The notes: generated by a model from the sequence alone, not told the origin. Positions 1-9,950 are shown, numbered from the stretch's first letter. The stretch is 64,000 nt of DNA from an uncultured Candidatus Saccharibacteria bacterium (GCA_964503755.1 CAZDBO010000002.1:128261-192260), one strand, 5' to 3'. Numbers and translations are program-made.

Positions 1-1
1 A

Positions 2-181
2 TTGCAAAATTTAGTTAATCAAGTAGCTCCGTCTATAAGTGAAATCAAAACTCTTGTAACTGAAGTACAAAACAAAATCACTGATATAGCAAGTAGAGTA
101 GCATCAGAAAGTAATACCAACTCAGAAAACAAAACAGATGAAGGATCAACTACAGAAGGTGAAGTGGTCGATAATAAATAA
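2..181 (+). CDS. 3' end of a gene that starts upstream of the window; low-complexity coiled-coil-like tail
   Basis: Frame 2 is open from the window edge to TAA at 179-181 (59 codons, no start inside the window); sequence ...ISEIKTLVTEVQNKITDIASRVASE... Confidence 0.3.
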   Translation: MQNLVNQVAPSISEIKTLVTEVQNKITDIASRVASESNTNSENKTDEGSTTEGEVVDNK

Positions 182-221
182 TGTTTGACATTAAAATCAA
201 AAAAATAAATAATAACAAGCC

Positions 222-536
222 ATGACTCTATTAAATAATCAAAACTTTAATGAATTCATAAAAGAAGGGTATGCCATAGTTGACATGTATGCAGACTGGT
301 GCGGTCCATGTCGTGCTTTAACTCCAATTTTCGAGAAATTATCACAAAAACATGGTGATAAAATTAAGTTCGCTAAATTCAATGTCGACGAAGATGAAAA
401 CTATGCAATATCCCAAAAGTATGGAGTAATGAGCATACCTTGTGTTATTGTATTTAAAGATGGTGAAGAAATACATAGATTTATAGGCCTACAACCAGAA
501 AGTGTATATACAGACTACATAAACTCACTACAATAA
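222..536 (+). CDS. trxA: thioredoxin
   Basis: 104 aa with the WCGPC active site and thioredoxin fold signature (FIKEG...VDMYADWCGPCR...IPCVIVFKDGE). Confidence 0.9.
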   Translation: MTLLNNQNFNEFIKEGYAIVDMYADWCGPCRALTPIFEKLSQKHGDKIKFAKFNVDEDENYAISQKYGVMSIPCVIVFKDGEEIHRFIGLQPESVYTDYINSLQ

Positions 537-544
537 ATCTGAAT

Positions 545-1240
545 TTAATCTCCCCTTGCAATAGAGAGAGCATATATTTTTGCAAGGGGATATTTTTTTA
601 ATATTGACTCTGTTACATTTTCTACAGTACTCCCTGTGGTTATAACATCATCTACAATAAGAATACTTAAATTATTTAGATCCATTTCACTAATACAAAC
701 AAATACACCCTTCAAATTTTTTAATCTTTCTTCACGACTAAGTTCTATTTGATCTGTAGTATCTCTAACTTTTTCGCATAAAACTTTGTATGGCTTATTC
801 AAATATTTTCCTATATTAATCGCCAATATTTCAGCATGATTAAAACCTCTTTCGAAAAATCTACTTTTTGATACTGGTACCGAAGTAATCAGGTCTATAA
901 AATCCCAATTTATCTTATGAAACTCTTCTGCATTAATTAGTAATTCAAATAATACCTCAATTAAATTAACATATCTTGCAAATTTTGCATATGAAATAAG
1001 CTTAAATAAAATATTATTGTAGTGATAAAAATAAAATGCCTTTTCTAAATTTGTTTTATTTTTGTATCCCTTCTTGATAGCCCAATTTTGACTTGGCTTC
1101 CTTGAAACGTAACACTCCGGGTTGTATTTTTTGAGTGTACTACGACATGTGTTACATAAAAAATCATTTCTATAAAATCCACAAGCAACACACTTTTTAG
1201 GAAAAAGAAAATCAACTAAAGAAGAGAAAATATTCTTCAT
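545..1240 (-). CDS. comFC: ComF-family phosphoribosyltransferase-domain protein (competence protein ComFC-like)
   Basis: N-terminal CxxC...CxxC zinc finger (KKCVACG...CNTCR); C-terminal PRTase motif ILIVDDVITTGSTV. Confidence 0.7.
   Translation of the reverse strand: MKNIFSSLVDFLFPKKCVACGFYRNDFLCNTCRSTLKKYNPECYVSRKPSQNWAIKKGYKNKTNLEKAFYFYHYNNILFKLISYAKFARYVNLIEVLFELLINAEEFHKINWDFIDLITSVPVSKSRFFERGFNHAEILAINIGKYLNKPYKVLCEKVRDTTDQIELSREERLKNLKGVFVCISEMDLNNLSILIVDDVITTGSTVENVTESILKKYPLAKIYALSIARGD
552..599 (+). terminator. putative intrinsic terminator of trxA, embedded in the 3' coding end of the convergent comF-like gene
   Basis: Inverted repeat ccccttgcaa (552-561) / ttgcaagggg (580-589), 10-bp stem with 18-nt loop, followed by atatttttttta with a T7 run, 16 nt after the trxA stop. 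Confidence 0.45.
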
Positions 1241-1254
1241 AAAAAATTAAAAAT

Positions 1255-1331
1255 TGGAGCGGGTGATCGGGCTCGAACCGACAACCTTCTCCTTGGAAGG
1301 GAGACATTCTAGCCAATTGAACTACACCCGC
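1255..1331 (-). tRNA. tRNA-Gly (anticodon TCC), CCA encoded
   Basis: Reverse complement reads GCGGGTG..AGAATGTCTCC CTTCCAA GGAGA..GGTTCGAGCCCGATCACCCGCTCCA; cloverleaf with T-loop GGTTCGA; anticodon loop CTTCCAA. Confidence 0.85.
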
Positions 1332-1365
1332 ACATTGAAAATATTTTACAATAATTTAAAACTTT

Positions 1366-1959
1366 TTAGAAGAGTCCTAAACTTCCATCACTTTTATCTT
1401 CCGAAGTCATATTAAAAGAATTTTCATTGTTTTTTCTATAAAAATAGTCTTTCAAATTTAAGTCTAATTTCACTTTTTCTCCCATTCCATCAAAATAATA
1501 AACACAATTATTTTCAAGCAAAAATTCGTAAACTCTTCTAGTAATATCAACATCATTATCACAATATTCTTTTAATTTGTCTAATTGACCTAATTTATAA
1601 AATCGAACCGCCTCCAAACCATGCGCATTTTTACCTTCACCCAGTGTAGCACTAGCTATATTGTCCAATTTAAGATATAAGCCATGCTCTTCTACCAATA
1701 TAGCAAAAAGATCTATGACTTTTTTTGAATTCCAATCGAAACTAAAATATTTTTCAAGTACCGGTATATCGTATCCAATTATATTATATCCGACTATTTC
1801 ATCTGCAGATCTCAAATCATCAATAAAGTAAGAAAGCTCATTCTCAAAGTACCCTTTCAAAACTCCCTCATCTGATCGGAAAACACCAACATAAGAAACA
1901 CCATTATCCCTAAAATCTGGCATTACATCTTTTGCTTCTGTATCAAAGACTAAATACAT
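1366..1959 (-). CDS. RNase H-like superfamily 3'-5' exonuclease (DEDD-type)
   Basis: Exo I-like LVFDTE, Exo II-like GYNIIGYDIPVL, Exo III-like YCDNDVDITRRVYEFL. Confidence 0.55.
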   Translation of the reverse strand: MYLVFDTEAKDVMPDFRDNGVSYVGVFRSDEGVLKGYFENELSYFIDDLRSADEIVGYNIIGYDIPVLEKYFSFDWNSKKVIDLFAILVEEHGLYLKLDNIASATLGEGKNAHGLEAVRFYKLGQLDKLKEYCDNDVDITRRVYEFLLENNCVYYFDGMGEKVKLDLNLKDYFYRKNNENSFNMTSEDKSDGSLGLF

Positions 1960-1968
1960 GGTTTGATA

Positions 1969-2919
1969 TTATAAGAAATTTATATAAATAATCAACACAA
2001 ATAAAATTGATAAAACAAGAAAAAGTAAACATCCTACGAATTGCAAAATAGAAAATAGAAAGCTTTTTATTGTTCTGATGATTACGTTCTCTTCTTTTTC
2101 TTTCTTCTCAACATTTTTTACTATTACCCTTTCGACAACTCGAATCGGTTCTAATTTGACATCTGAATTCTTATCATTTAAATGTGTAGTGAAAAGACTT
2201 GATAAAGAAATTTTTGACTTATTTTCTGTATTTTGACTAGAAGTGTTATTTTTATTTGGTGTTATTTGCTGGCCTTTTCGGGATTCAAATGTCTGTTGAT
2301 CCAAAACTTCCTCAATTGCATCTCCATTGGTGGAAGAGAATCTTGAAACATCTAAATCGCCCTGATGATTCAAAACTTGTTTATTTATTGAATTATTAAA
2401 ATCTATGTGATCCTCTAGTCTATCCTGATAAAATTTTTGAGACGCGAGATCCTTGTTAATATCTATTTCGTTTGAAGAAATACCATTATAATAACCTGAT
2501 TGAGAATCCTCTGAAATATTAGGCGCTATTTGATTATTTCTTAAACTTGTTTCATTAACGTCCGGTTTTTCCAAATTATCACCTGGAAAAGAGATCGAAT
2601 CTAATGTGTAGTCAGATTCTTTAGGACTAGACCCTGCATTAAATTGTTTACTTATATTCGGTTTTTGGGGAATACTTAGTTCATAAACATATCTTGGTAT
2701 ATTTCCTTCGTTTTCGGTTTCAATATTCACAGAAGAATATAAGGAACTGTTGTTTGGGTCTATTTTCGTATCTCTAACTGTCCCAAAAGAAGTCGAAACT
2801 CCCATAACAATAAATCTTTTTTTTTGTAACGGTGAACCCTCTTCTGTACTTGTTTTAGTGTCTAATTCAATTTCCCTCTTCAAATATTTTATTTTATTTT
2901 GTTCTTTTTCTTCATTCAT
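1969..2919 (-). CDS. hypothetical Ser/Asn-rich protein with C-terminal transmembrane anchor
   Basis: 316-aa ORF; low-complexity polar region; C-terminal hydrophobic helix FLFSILQFVGCLLFLVLSILFVLIIYINFL. Confidence 0.5.
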   Translation of the reverse strand: MNEEKEQNKIKYLKREIELDTKTSTEEGSPLQKKRFIVMGVSTSFGTVRDTKIDPNNSSLYSSVNIETENEGNIPRYVYELSIPQKPNISKQFNAGSSPKESDYTLDSISFPGDNLEKPDVNETSLRNNQIAPNISEDSQSGYYNGISSNEIDINKDLASQKFYQDRLEDHIDFNNSINKQVLNHQGDLDVSRFSSTNGDAIEEVLDQQTFESRKGQQITPNKNNTSSQNTENKSKISLSSLFTTHLNDKNSDVKLEPIRVVERVIVKNVEKKEKEENVIIRTIKSFLFSILQFVGCLLFLVLSILFVLIIYINFL

Positions 2920-3598
2920 TACATTTTTTATTTTCTAAAAATAATCTGATGCTCTGACCAGTGATAAGCAAGTTATCTACAAATTTTTCTGATATATTTT
3001 CTGTATTTGGTACAAAAGAAAGTTGTGTCATTGAAACTTCATATATACTTTCAGAGTTCTTTATAATAGTTATAGCTATCAATTTTATTCTATGTATAGG
3101 CAAATTACACTTATTTGACCAGAGATATAAACTTTTAGTTTTTATTGTAACGTTATAAGGATTAGAAACGTTAATAATTCTTAAATTTTCATTAATTGCG
3201 TTAAAAAGTTGATTAAGATCGCCATAATTGTAATAGACTTTATTCTTTGCAACAAATTCATTGACTTTATTTTCTATATCTTGGACAGAAGTGCCACAGT
3301 ACTCAAACTTTATATTAAAATAACCGACATATTTATAGCCGAACTCTTCTACATATCTGCCAATACGATATAAAATATCCAATGATGTATGCATTGGTAA
3401 AACGCTTTTCATTTTATCTATCTTATTGCCATCATTTTTTGGATCATAATTAATTGTATTTACTTCACATTCCAACAATTCAGATAAACTTATTTCCTTA
3501 GCATTAACAATTTTAATAGGATTGAGGCCAAATACAATAACCAATATCAAAAGCACATAACCCAAAAATGAAAATATTTTAATGACAACTTTCATCAC
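2912..3598 (-). CDS. hypothetical secreted/membrane-anchored protein
   Basis: 228-aa ORF with N-terminal TM/signal-anchor (IFSFLGYVLLILVIVFGL); overlaps the downstream gene by 8 nt. Confidence 0.5.
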   Translation of the reverse strand: MMKVVIKIFSFLGYVLLILVIVFGLNPIKIVNAKEISLSELLECEVNTINYDPKNDGNKIDKMKSVLPMHTSLDILYRIGRYVEEFGYKYVGYFNIKFEYCGTSVQDIENKVNEFVAKNKVYYNYGDLNQLFNAINENLRIINVSNPYNVTIKTKSLYLWSNKCNLPIHRIKLIAITIIKNSESIYEVSMTQLSFVPNTENISEKFVDNLLITGQSIRLFLENKKCNE

Positions 3599-3642
3599 AT
3601 ATAAATCATAGAAATATTAAACTTTATAATCAAGTAATTTAG

Positions 3643-4497
3643 ATGTCAGATCACGATTTTTGGTATATACTAAATAGTATGGATTTCCTCGATAAAGATA
3701 CTAAAAGACTTCTTATTGCTATAGTCGTTTTCATTATTGTTGCGTTAGTTGTTTTACCATCATTTTTAAGTGGCAATATGTTCCGATTTCCAGGATCAAA
3801 TGTATTGAGTAATATAGCTGGAGGCGTAAGAGAGAGTGTAAAAAACAATCCTTTTATTGACAATAATAATTCAACCATCTCTAAAAAAGATTATAAACTC
3901 GAAACAGGTATTGATTACTTTATAGATATAAATACAAATAAAGGTAAAATTACAATTGATCTATTTGAAACTTATGCCCCAAAAAATACTGCAAATATCT
4001 TAAGTCTGGTTGAAAATAAAATCTATTCTAATGTTTTTCTAGAAAAAAAAGACAAATTTGTGTTGACTAGAACTAATGTCAATTTGGACTACACAATAGA
4101 AGATGAAATAAATGCTGATTATCTCAGGCTGAATTCAATATATGTAAGAGATGCATATTTTTTAAGATCGATATATGATCCAAATAATCCAAACACCAAA
4201 AATTTTTCCCCCGAGAACCTCACAAAATATGAAGAATTAACATTAAAACAATTTTATAGTAACATACTTGGATATAAGTACAATCCAACACTTCAAACAC
4301 CAAAAGCACAAAAATACATGGTATATATGGTCTCATCTGCCCCAAATACTAACAAGGCTGACTTCTTTATTTTAACAACTTCCGACAATCCTGAAATAGA
4401 TGGAAGATTTACCCCAATTGGAATCGTCCGACAGGGAATGGATGCTTTAGAACAAAATGACATTCAAATTAAAAGTATTGATATTGTAAAAAAATAA
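3643..4497 (+). CDS. membrane-anchored cyclophilin-like domain protein (divergent, possibly inactive PPIase)
   Basis: N-terminal TM helix; GKITIDLFETYAPKNTANILSLVENKIYSNVF aligns with cyclophilin G.I.I.LF...AP.T..NF..L....Y....FHR; later ADFFILT...IGIVRQGMDAL aligns with the FFI...G.V..GMDV motif; the catalytic FHR arginine is not conserved. Confidence 0.5.
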   Translation: MSDHDFWYILNSMDFLDKDTKRLLIAIVVFIIVALVVLPSFLSGNMFRFPGSNVLSNIAGGVRESVKNNPFIDNNNSTISKKDYKLETGIDYFIDINTNKGKITIDLFETYAPKNTANILSLVENKIYSNVFLEKKDKFVLTRTNVNLDYTIEDEINADYLRLNSIYVRDAYFLRSIYDPNNPNTKNFSPENLTKYEELTLKQFYSNILGYKYNPTLQTPKAQKYMVYMVSSAPNTNKADFFILTTSDNPEIDGRFTPIGIVRQGMDALEQNDIQIKSIDIVKK

Positions 4498-4500
4498 TTT

Positions 4501-5031
4501 ATGGGAAGAAAAAAAATAAAAATCGGTATATTGCTGGGAACTATACGTTTAGGTAGACAATCAGAAAAAATATATAAATATATAAATGAATTATTAGGAC
4601 ATAAGTTTAGTGAGGAAGTAGAAATCTTTACATTTGATATTAGATCTTTATTTTCAGAATTTGATAAAAATACCTTTAGCTTTAATAAAGAGGCTATAGA
4701 AAAATATCGGGATTTCCTCAGGAAAATAGAAGGTTTGATACTAATTTCACCCGAATACAATCATTCATTTCCTGGTGAATTAAAAATGGTTTTAGACTTG
4801 GAATATCAAGTTTATAGAAATAAACCTGTAATTGTCGTTGGAGTTTCTTCTGGTCCTATAAGTGGAGCAAGAATGTGTGAGTCACTAATCCCAGTGCTAC
4901 GGACGATAGGTTTTCGTATATATCAATATGATATTCTATTTCCAAATATAAACAACTACAACTTTGAAGATACAAAAGAGGAAGATAAAATTTTGAAACA
5001 AATTAAAGAATTTATAAATACAATAAATTAA
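4501..5031 (+). CDS. NAD(P)H-dependent FMN reductase family protein
   Basis: Flavodoxin-like fold signature KIGILLGTIR...LISPEYNHSFPGELKMVLD (pfam03358-like). Confidence 0.7.
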   Translation: MGRKKIKIGILLGTIRLGRQSEKIYKYINELLGHKFSEEVEIFTFDIRSLFSEFDKNTFSFNKEAIEKYRDFLRKIEGLILISPEYNHSFPGELKMVLDLEYQVYRNKPVIVVGVSSGPISGARMCESLIPVLRTIGFRIYQYDILFPNINNYNFEDTKEEDKILKQIKEFINTIN

Positions 5032-5039
5032 ATATCAAA

Positions 5040-7925
5040 ATGAGTGAATATATTTTCGGATTTTTTGGACTGGCTGTATTTATTCTACTTTTCATTTTTT
5101 TCTTTATATGGATTACAAAGAGTAACGTAATTAAAATATCTTTCAAATATTTATTTGCTAATAGATTTAGTACGATATTAAGCATTATTGCCATTACGAT
5201 AGCATTTTTTACTATACACTTCAGCTTAGTTTCTCAGTTTAACTTTCTCAATGGATCTGAAAAATATATAAACAAAATATATGGAGAAATTGATGGAATA
5301 ATATTTGATAGAGTCAATAATACAATCTCTGCTGAAATTTATAATAAAATTTCATCTTCACTGGTTCAAGATCGTATTGAAACATTACCAATATTTTATG
5401 ATGAAATAAATTTAGAAAACAAAAAGGTCTCATTAATAGCAATAAATAAAGAACAATTCATTTCTTTTAAAAGTCAAAATTTTTATAAAAAAGATTTTGA
5501 GGAGATAATAAATAAACTAGCCTCTAATGAAATAATAATATCTACCGATATATCAGAAAATCTTAACTTAAAAGAAAATGACCGAATCAATATTTATGAA
5601 AAAGAATATGAAATCAAAAAAATCAATGAATCCAACGGAATTTTAGGATTTACAAAAGGTAATCTGGATACCATCGGTTCTATCATTGTGCCACTAGAAT
5701 CAATAGAAAAAAGCTTCAATTTAATACTAGTGAATTCTCTTGACACATATGACATAGAGGCTTTGACTCGAATTATTCAACAAAAAATAGTTTTAACTCA
5801 AAACACACTTGTATTTGAAGAATTAAAGCAAAAAACGATCAATCTACTTACAAATGCAGACGCACCAATACGATATTCTCAAATAATATTCCTTGTATCA
5901 ATCCCAATATTTTTATCGGCTTTACTTGTACTAACCATCACAAGTTTGATGATTATTGATAGAAGAAAAACGGAGATATCAACATTACGAGCTATAGGAT
6001 ACACCAATTTGGATGTAACTCTAATTTTTCTGACAGAATTTTTTATTTATTTATTTGTAGCTTCAATCCTCCAAATCATCGCTATGTTTTTGTCTATAAA
6101 TTTTATAAATAATTTGTGGCTAGAAAATTATGTATTTCCAAACACATACATAAAATACATTCAACTAGATAGTAATTTAGATATCAATATAATATTGCTT
6201 ATTCTTTTTAATACACTGTTTCTAGGCAGTATAATTTTTATTCTAATTTTTTCTCGAATCATAAATATAAATATAGCAACTGGTCTGAAAAATATTCCTA
6301 TTCCAGAATACAAACCTTTTAACCTAAAAAATAACACATTTTCTATACTTATAATACTTTTAGGTATTCTAGGGCTAAATACAATATTCAATAATTTAAT
6401 AACTGATCCACTAATTTACGACATTATTCTATATATATCAGTATTAGGAATCCTGGGCGGAGGTATTAATCTCATCAGACAAATATTTGCATCTAAAAGA
6501 TACAAAATCATCAATTATGCATCGCTAATTTTCATATTTATTGCCATTTTTTCACTTAGCTCAAACCTATTCGAAAATCTAAAGACAGACCTGATTTTTA
6601 TAATATCAAATACAATAATCTTTAGTCTTTCAATAATCGTCTTATTTGTAATAAATATAGAAATTTTTACAAAAATATTTAAATTCATTCAAAATAGAAT
6701 CTCGTATATAGTTATCGGAATAAGATATTCATCAATATCACCATTTAAAACAATTTTATTTGTTTGTATTATTACTGTTTTATTAATTACTCCAGGAATA
6801 GGACTTCTAATGAATCAATATATTTTTTCAGTTCAAAAAAGAACAATTGAAAATCTAGAATATAATCTTATTGTCAACGACCCAGTTAACACTTTGAACT
6901 TAGATGTATTAAAAAATGAAGAAATCCAATCTATAGGTATGATCAGTTCACAAGGTATTTTTATGCCTGAATACACATATTCTCAGATAGAATATTTTGA
7001 TCCAAATGCTCCATTACCAGTTAAAGGTGATGATAAATTTAGAGATGTTTTAACTAGTTTAGATGAAAAGGTATTTGAATCAATAGGATCGATAGATACA
7101 AAAATATTGAATATCAAAAAAGAATTTTTAGAAAATGATAAATATATCTTACTTGGTAGAAACTACAAAAGACGAGCTAGCAATACAAATTTACGTCCAG
7201 AATTAAAAATAGGTGATAAAGTAAAAATAGAATTCTTTGACGGCACAACTATTGAAAGAGAAGTAATAGGCATAATTGATATACCAATAGGTTTCGAATA
7301 TTCAGAAGAGTTTTTAAATTTTGCCAATTTAGGCAATTATGGAATATATATTTCAAACAAAGACGCTATTAATCTTACCCAAAATAATAACATTTTACTT
7401 CCAAGAGTACTTTATATAAAAACAAAAAACAACAAGCTATCGAAAGAATTAGTAGATCAAATTAACTCATATGCGGGAATAACAATAATAAATCAATTAA
7501 ACAAAATTAACGAAAATATCGCAATTTCAAACAACATATTAGCATTAGTCAATAGAGGAATATTTCTAAGTTTTATATTAGTGATTTTATCCGTCAGTAT
7601 ACTTATAGTTAAATCAATGATAGACAAGCATGAACAGATATCTATTTTGTGGTTTATAGGCAAAAGTAAAAATTTCATAGCTAGTATATTTGCAACAGAA
7701 TATGTATCATTCATCTTAGTTTCACTTATTGTGATAATATGTATTTTTTATTTTTTATATCTACTAGTACCACAGATATTTCAATTTATAAAAATAGAAG
7801 AATTCTTAATATCTTATCTTGATATATCAAAGTTTTTTTTGCTTATTTCACTCATTTATATTGCAGTTCCATTCGTTAAAATATATTTGACAAATGATTT
7901 TAGTATAAGATCAAAAGTAGAATGA
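5040..7925 (+). CDS. ABC transporter permease, FtsX/MacB-type with two large extracytoplasmic domains
   Basis: 961 aa with two clusters of TM helices resembling FtsX domains, separated by long soluble regions; start overlaps... its stop region overlaps the downstream ATPase start (ATGA). Confidence 0.75.
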   Translation: MSEYIFGFFGLAVFILLFIFFFIWITKSNVIKISFKYLFANRFSTILSIIAITIAFFTIHFSLVSQFNFLNGSEKYINKIYGEIDGIIFDRVNNTISAEIYNKISSSLVQDRIETLPIFYDEINLENKKVSLIAINKEQFISFKSQNFYKKDFEEIINKLASNEIIISTDISENLNLKENDRINIYEKEYEIKKINESNGILGFTKGNLDTIGSIIVPLESIEKSFNLILVNSLDTYDIEALTRIIQQKIVLTQNTLVFEELKQKTINLLTNADAPIRYSQIIFLVSIPIFLSALLVLTITSLMIIDRRKTEISTLRAIGYTNLDVTLIFLTEFFIYLFVASILQIIAMFLSINFINNLWLENYVFPNTYIKYIQLDSNLDINIILLILFNTLFLGSIIFILIFSRIININIATGLKNIPIPEYKPFNLKNNTFSILIILLGILGLNTIFNNLITDPLIYDIILYISVLGILGGGINLIRQIFASKRYKIINYASLIFIFIAIFSLSSNLFENLKTDLIFIISNTIIFSLSIIVLFVINIEIFTKIFKFIQNRISYIVIGIRYSSISPFKTILFVCIITVLLITPGIGLLMNQYIFSVQKRTIENLEYNLIVNDPVNTLNLDVLKNEEIQSIGMISSQGIFMPEYTYSQIEYFDPNAPLPVKGDDKFRDVLTSLDEKVFESIGSIDTKILNIKKEFLENDKYILLGRNYKRRASNTNLRPELKIGDKVKIEFFDGTTIEREVIGIIDIPIGFEYSEEFLNFANLGNYGIYISNKDAINLTQNNNILLPRVLYIKTKNNKLSKELVDQINSYAGITIINQLNKINENIAISNNILALVNRGIFLSFILVILSVSILIVKSMIDKHEQISILWFIGKSKNFIASIFATEYVSFILVSLIVIICIFYFLYLLVPQIFQFIKIEEFLISYLDISKFFLLISLIYIAVPFVKIYLTNDFSIRSKVE

Positions 7926-8629
7926 AAGAGAAAAAAAATAAAAATATAAAAAAAGAAATTATTTTGTCAGTTAAAAATTTATCCAAAAACTACCGAGACT
8001 ATGACAAATATTTAGAAATACTTAAAGGATTGAATTTAGATATATACAAAGGCGAGATCATTGCAATCACAGGTCCTTCTGGCTCAGGTAAAACAACTTT
8101 TTTAAATTGTATATCAACTATTGATTCTTTTGATGATGGAGAGGTTATATTTGATAGAAAAAACATATCATCAATGAGCGAAAAAGAAAAAAATAAGTTT
8201 CGATCATATAATATGGGATTTGTGTTTCAGAATTATAATTTAATTAGTGTATTATCAGCCCTAGAAAATGTTCAATTAAGTCTTGCAAATAAAAAGGAGT
8301 TTCTTCTAAATAGTATTCAAATTTCCAAAGAAATGCTAGAAAAAGTGGGATTAGGTGATAGGATAAAGAACAAACCTGATCAACTTTCAGGAGGTGAAAA
8401 ACAACGCGTTGCTATAGCACGTGCTTTGGTACATAAACCTAAAATAGTTTTTGCTGATGAACCTACAGGAAATCTGGACAGCAGATCAAGCGAAGATATA
8501 ATGGATTTAATACTACAAATGAATCAAGAATATGGCGTAACATTTATTATTGTCACACACAATAGTATGGTTGCATCAAAAGCACATAGAGTATTTAGAC
8601 TTAAAAATGGTAAACTAGAAAAAGTATAA
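7922..8629 (+). CDS. ABC transporter ATP-binding protein (MacB/LolD-like)
   Basis: Walker [10 protein letters not shown], signature [15 protein letters not shown], Walker [14 protein letters not shown]-loop VTHN. Confidence 0.9.
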   Translation: MKEKKNKNIKKEIILSVKNLSKNYRDYDKYLEILKGLNLDIYKGEIIAITGPSGSGKTTFLNCISTIDSFDDGEVIFDRKNISSMSEKEKNKFRSYNMGFVFQNYNLISVLSALENVQLSLANKKEFLLNSIQISKEMLEKVGLGDRIKNKPDQLSGGEKQRVAIARALVHKPKIVFADEPTGNLDSRSSEDIMDLILQMNQEYGVTFIIVTHNSMVASKAHRVFRLKNGKLEKV

Positions 8630-9060
8630 TGAGTAAACATATCATTGGCGAAAAAGATAATCAATATCGCTATAAGGTTTGGATGGAGCAAGCCACATTT
8701 GACTTAGCTGCCGCGCATACAAGTTTAAACAATGGATTTTACGAATGGGCATGTTTTCAAGCGCAGCAAGCAGCCGAAAAAGCATTAAAAGCTCTTATAG
8801 CATATCATGGTAAATCAGTACCAAAAGTTCATAAACTTGGTGTTTTAGTAGGGATAATAAAAAGTTTTGAATATAGACTGAGAGGAATACATATTGATGT
8901 TTCTGAATTACAATCATATACTTTTATTACAAGGTATCCGTTTTTAATACCAGGAGAGGCCAAAACACCTCATAAGTACATAAAAAAAGAAGAAGCAGAA
9001 ATATGCATAAAGAAAGCAACAATTATTTTAAATTTGATCCAAGGATTATTAGACGAATAA
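8629..9060 (+). CDS. HEPN domain protein (toxin-like partner of a HEPN/MNT module)
   Basis: 143 aa all-helical protein; C-terminal R-x4-H motif (RLRGIH) typical of HEPN RNases; its ATG overlaps the upstream stop (TAATG). Confidence 0.65.
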   Translation: MSKHIIGEKDNQYRYKVWMEQATFDLAAAHTSLNNGFYEWACFQAQQAAEKALKALIAYHGKSVPKVHKLGVLVGIIKSFEYRLRGIHIDVSELQSYTFITRYPFLIPGEAKTPHKYIKKEEAEICIKKATIILNLIQGLLDE

Positions 9061-9458
9061 ATCAGGCCGTAGAAACGATAAAAAGTATCTTTGGAAGTAA
9101 TATTATAGAAATCTGCTTATTTGGTAGTTATTGCTTAAATAGATTTCACCAATATTCCTCAATTGATATATTAGTAATTTTACGCGAATGCGATATGGAA
9201 TTTATAAAAAGAAAAGTCGAATTAGAAAGAATACTAAACGAAGATTATTTAGTACCACTTATAGATCCTTTAGTATATACAGAAGCAGAAGTACTCTCGC
9301 TACTGAAAGAAAAGGATAGCTTTATGGATTCTGTAATACAAGAGGCGGTGGTACTTTACAACGGATTTAACGAAATAGATATAGAAAAATTGTCTGCATC
9401 AACTGTTATCAAATCAAGATATCTAACCGCTGTGCCCAAATTACAAAAATTGATATAA
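9003..9458 (+). CDS. minimal nucleotidyltransferase (MNT) domain protein, HEPN partner
   Basis: LFGSYCLNRFHQYSSIDILVIL matches the GS...(9-13)...DxD nucleotidyltransferase fold motif; overlaps the HEPN gene by 58 nt. Confidence 0.65.
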   Translation: MHKESNNYFKFDPRIIRRINQAVETIKSIFGSNIIEICLFGSYCLNRFHQYSSIDILVILRECDMEFIKRKVELERILNEDYLVPLIDPLVYTEAEVLSLLKEKDSFMDSVIQEAVVLYNGFNEIDIEKLSASTVIKSRYLTAVPKLQKLI

Positions 9459-9468
9459 TCGAGCTCGT

Positions 9469-9936
9469 ATGGTTCAAAAAGGTGATAAATTAAATTTAGA
9501 AAATTTTAATCTTACAAATCAAGATGGAGAAAAAATCTCATTGTCAGATGGGAAATATAAATATCTAGTTTTATATTTCTATCCAAAAGATATGACACCA
9601 GGATGCACTATACAAGCATGTCATATTAAAGATAATCATGATTTATTGAAATCAAAAGGAATATTAGTGTTGGGTGTAAGCAAAGATTCCCAGAAATCAC
9701 ACAAAAGGTTTAGAGATATATTTAAATTAAATTTTGATTTGATAATAGATGAAGATGCTTTTTTATCAGAATATTTTGGTGTTGTAAAAGAAAAATCTAT
9801 GTTTGGTAAGAAATATAAAGGGATCAATAGAACAACATTTATTATTGAATTATCAAACGGCGAAGTAATGGATAGATGGGATAATGTAGATCCAAATAAA
9901 CATATTGATCAAATTAAACAATATTTTAATTTATAA
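9469..9936 (+). CDS. bcp: thiol peroxidase / peroxiredoxin Bcp (AhpC/TSA family)
   Basis: YFYPKDMTPGCTIQAC motif (peroxidatic Cys in the FYPKDFTPGCT context). Confidence 0.85.
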   Translation: MVQKGDKLNLENFNLTNQDGEKISLSDGKYKYLVLYFYPKDMTPGCTIQACHIKDNHDLLKSKGILVLGVSKDSQKSHKRFRDIFKLNFDLIIDEDAFLSEYFGVVKEKSMFGKKYKGINRTTFIIELSNGEVMDRWDNVDPNKHIDQIKQYFNL

Positions 9937-9950
9937 AAAATATATATCGT

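Noticed and set aside
1960-1971. Same-frame adjacency of 1969..2919 and 1366..1959 separated by one TAA (also seen for 3643..4497 / 4501..5031)
   Set aside because: The gaps are only 1-3 codons and the flanking proteins are unrelated and complete (membrane protein vs DEDD exonuclease; cyclophilin-like vs FMN reductase). Same-frame adjacency happens by chance one time in three, so these are ordinary neighbouring genes, unlike the three long stop-free linkers reported as interrupted genes.
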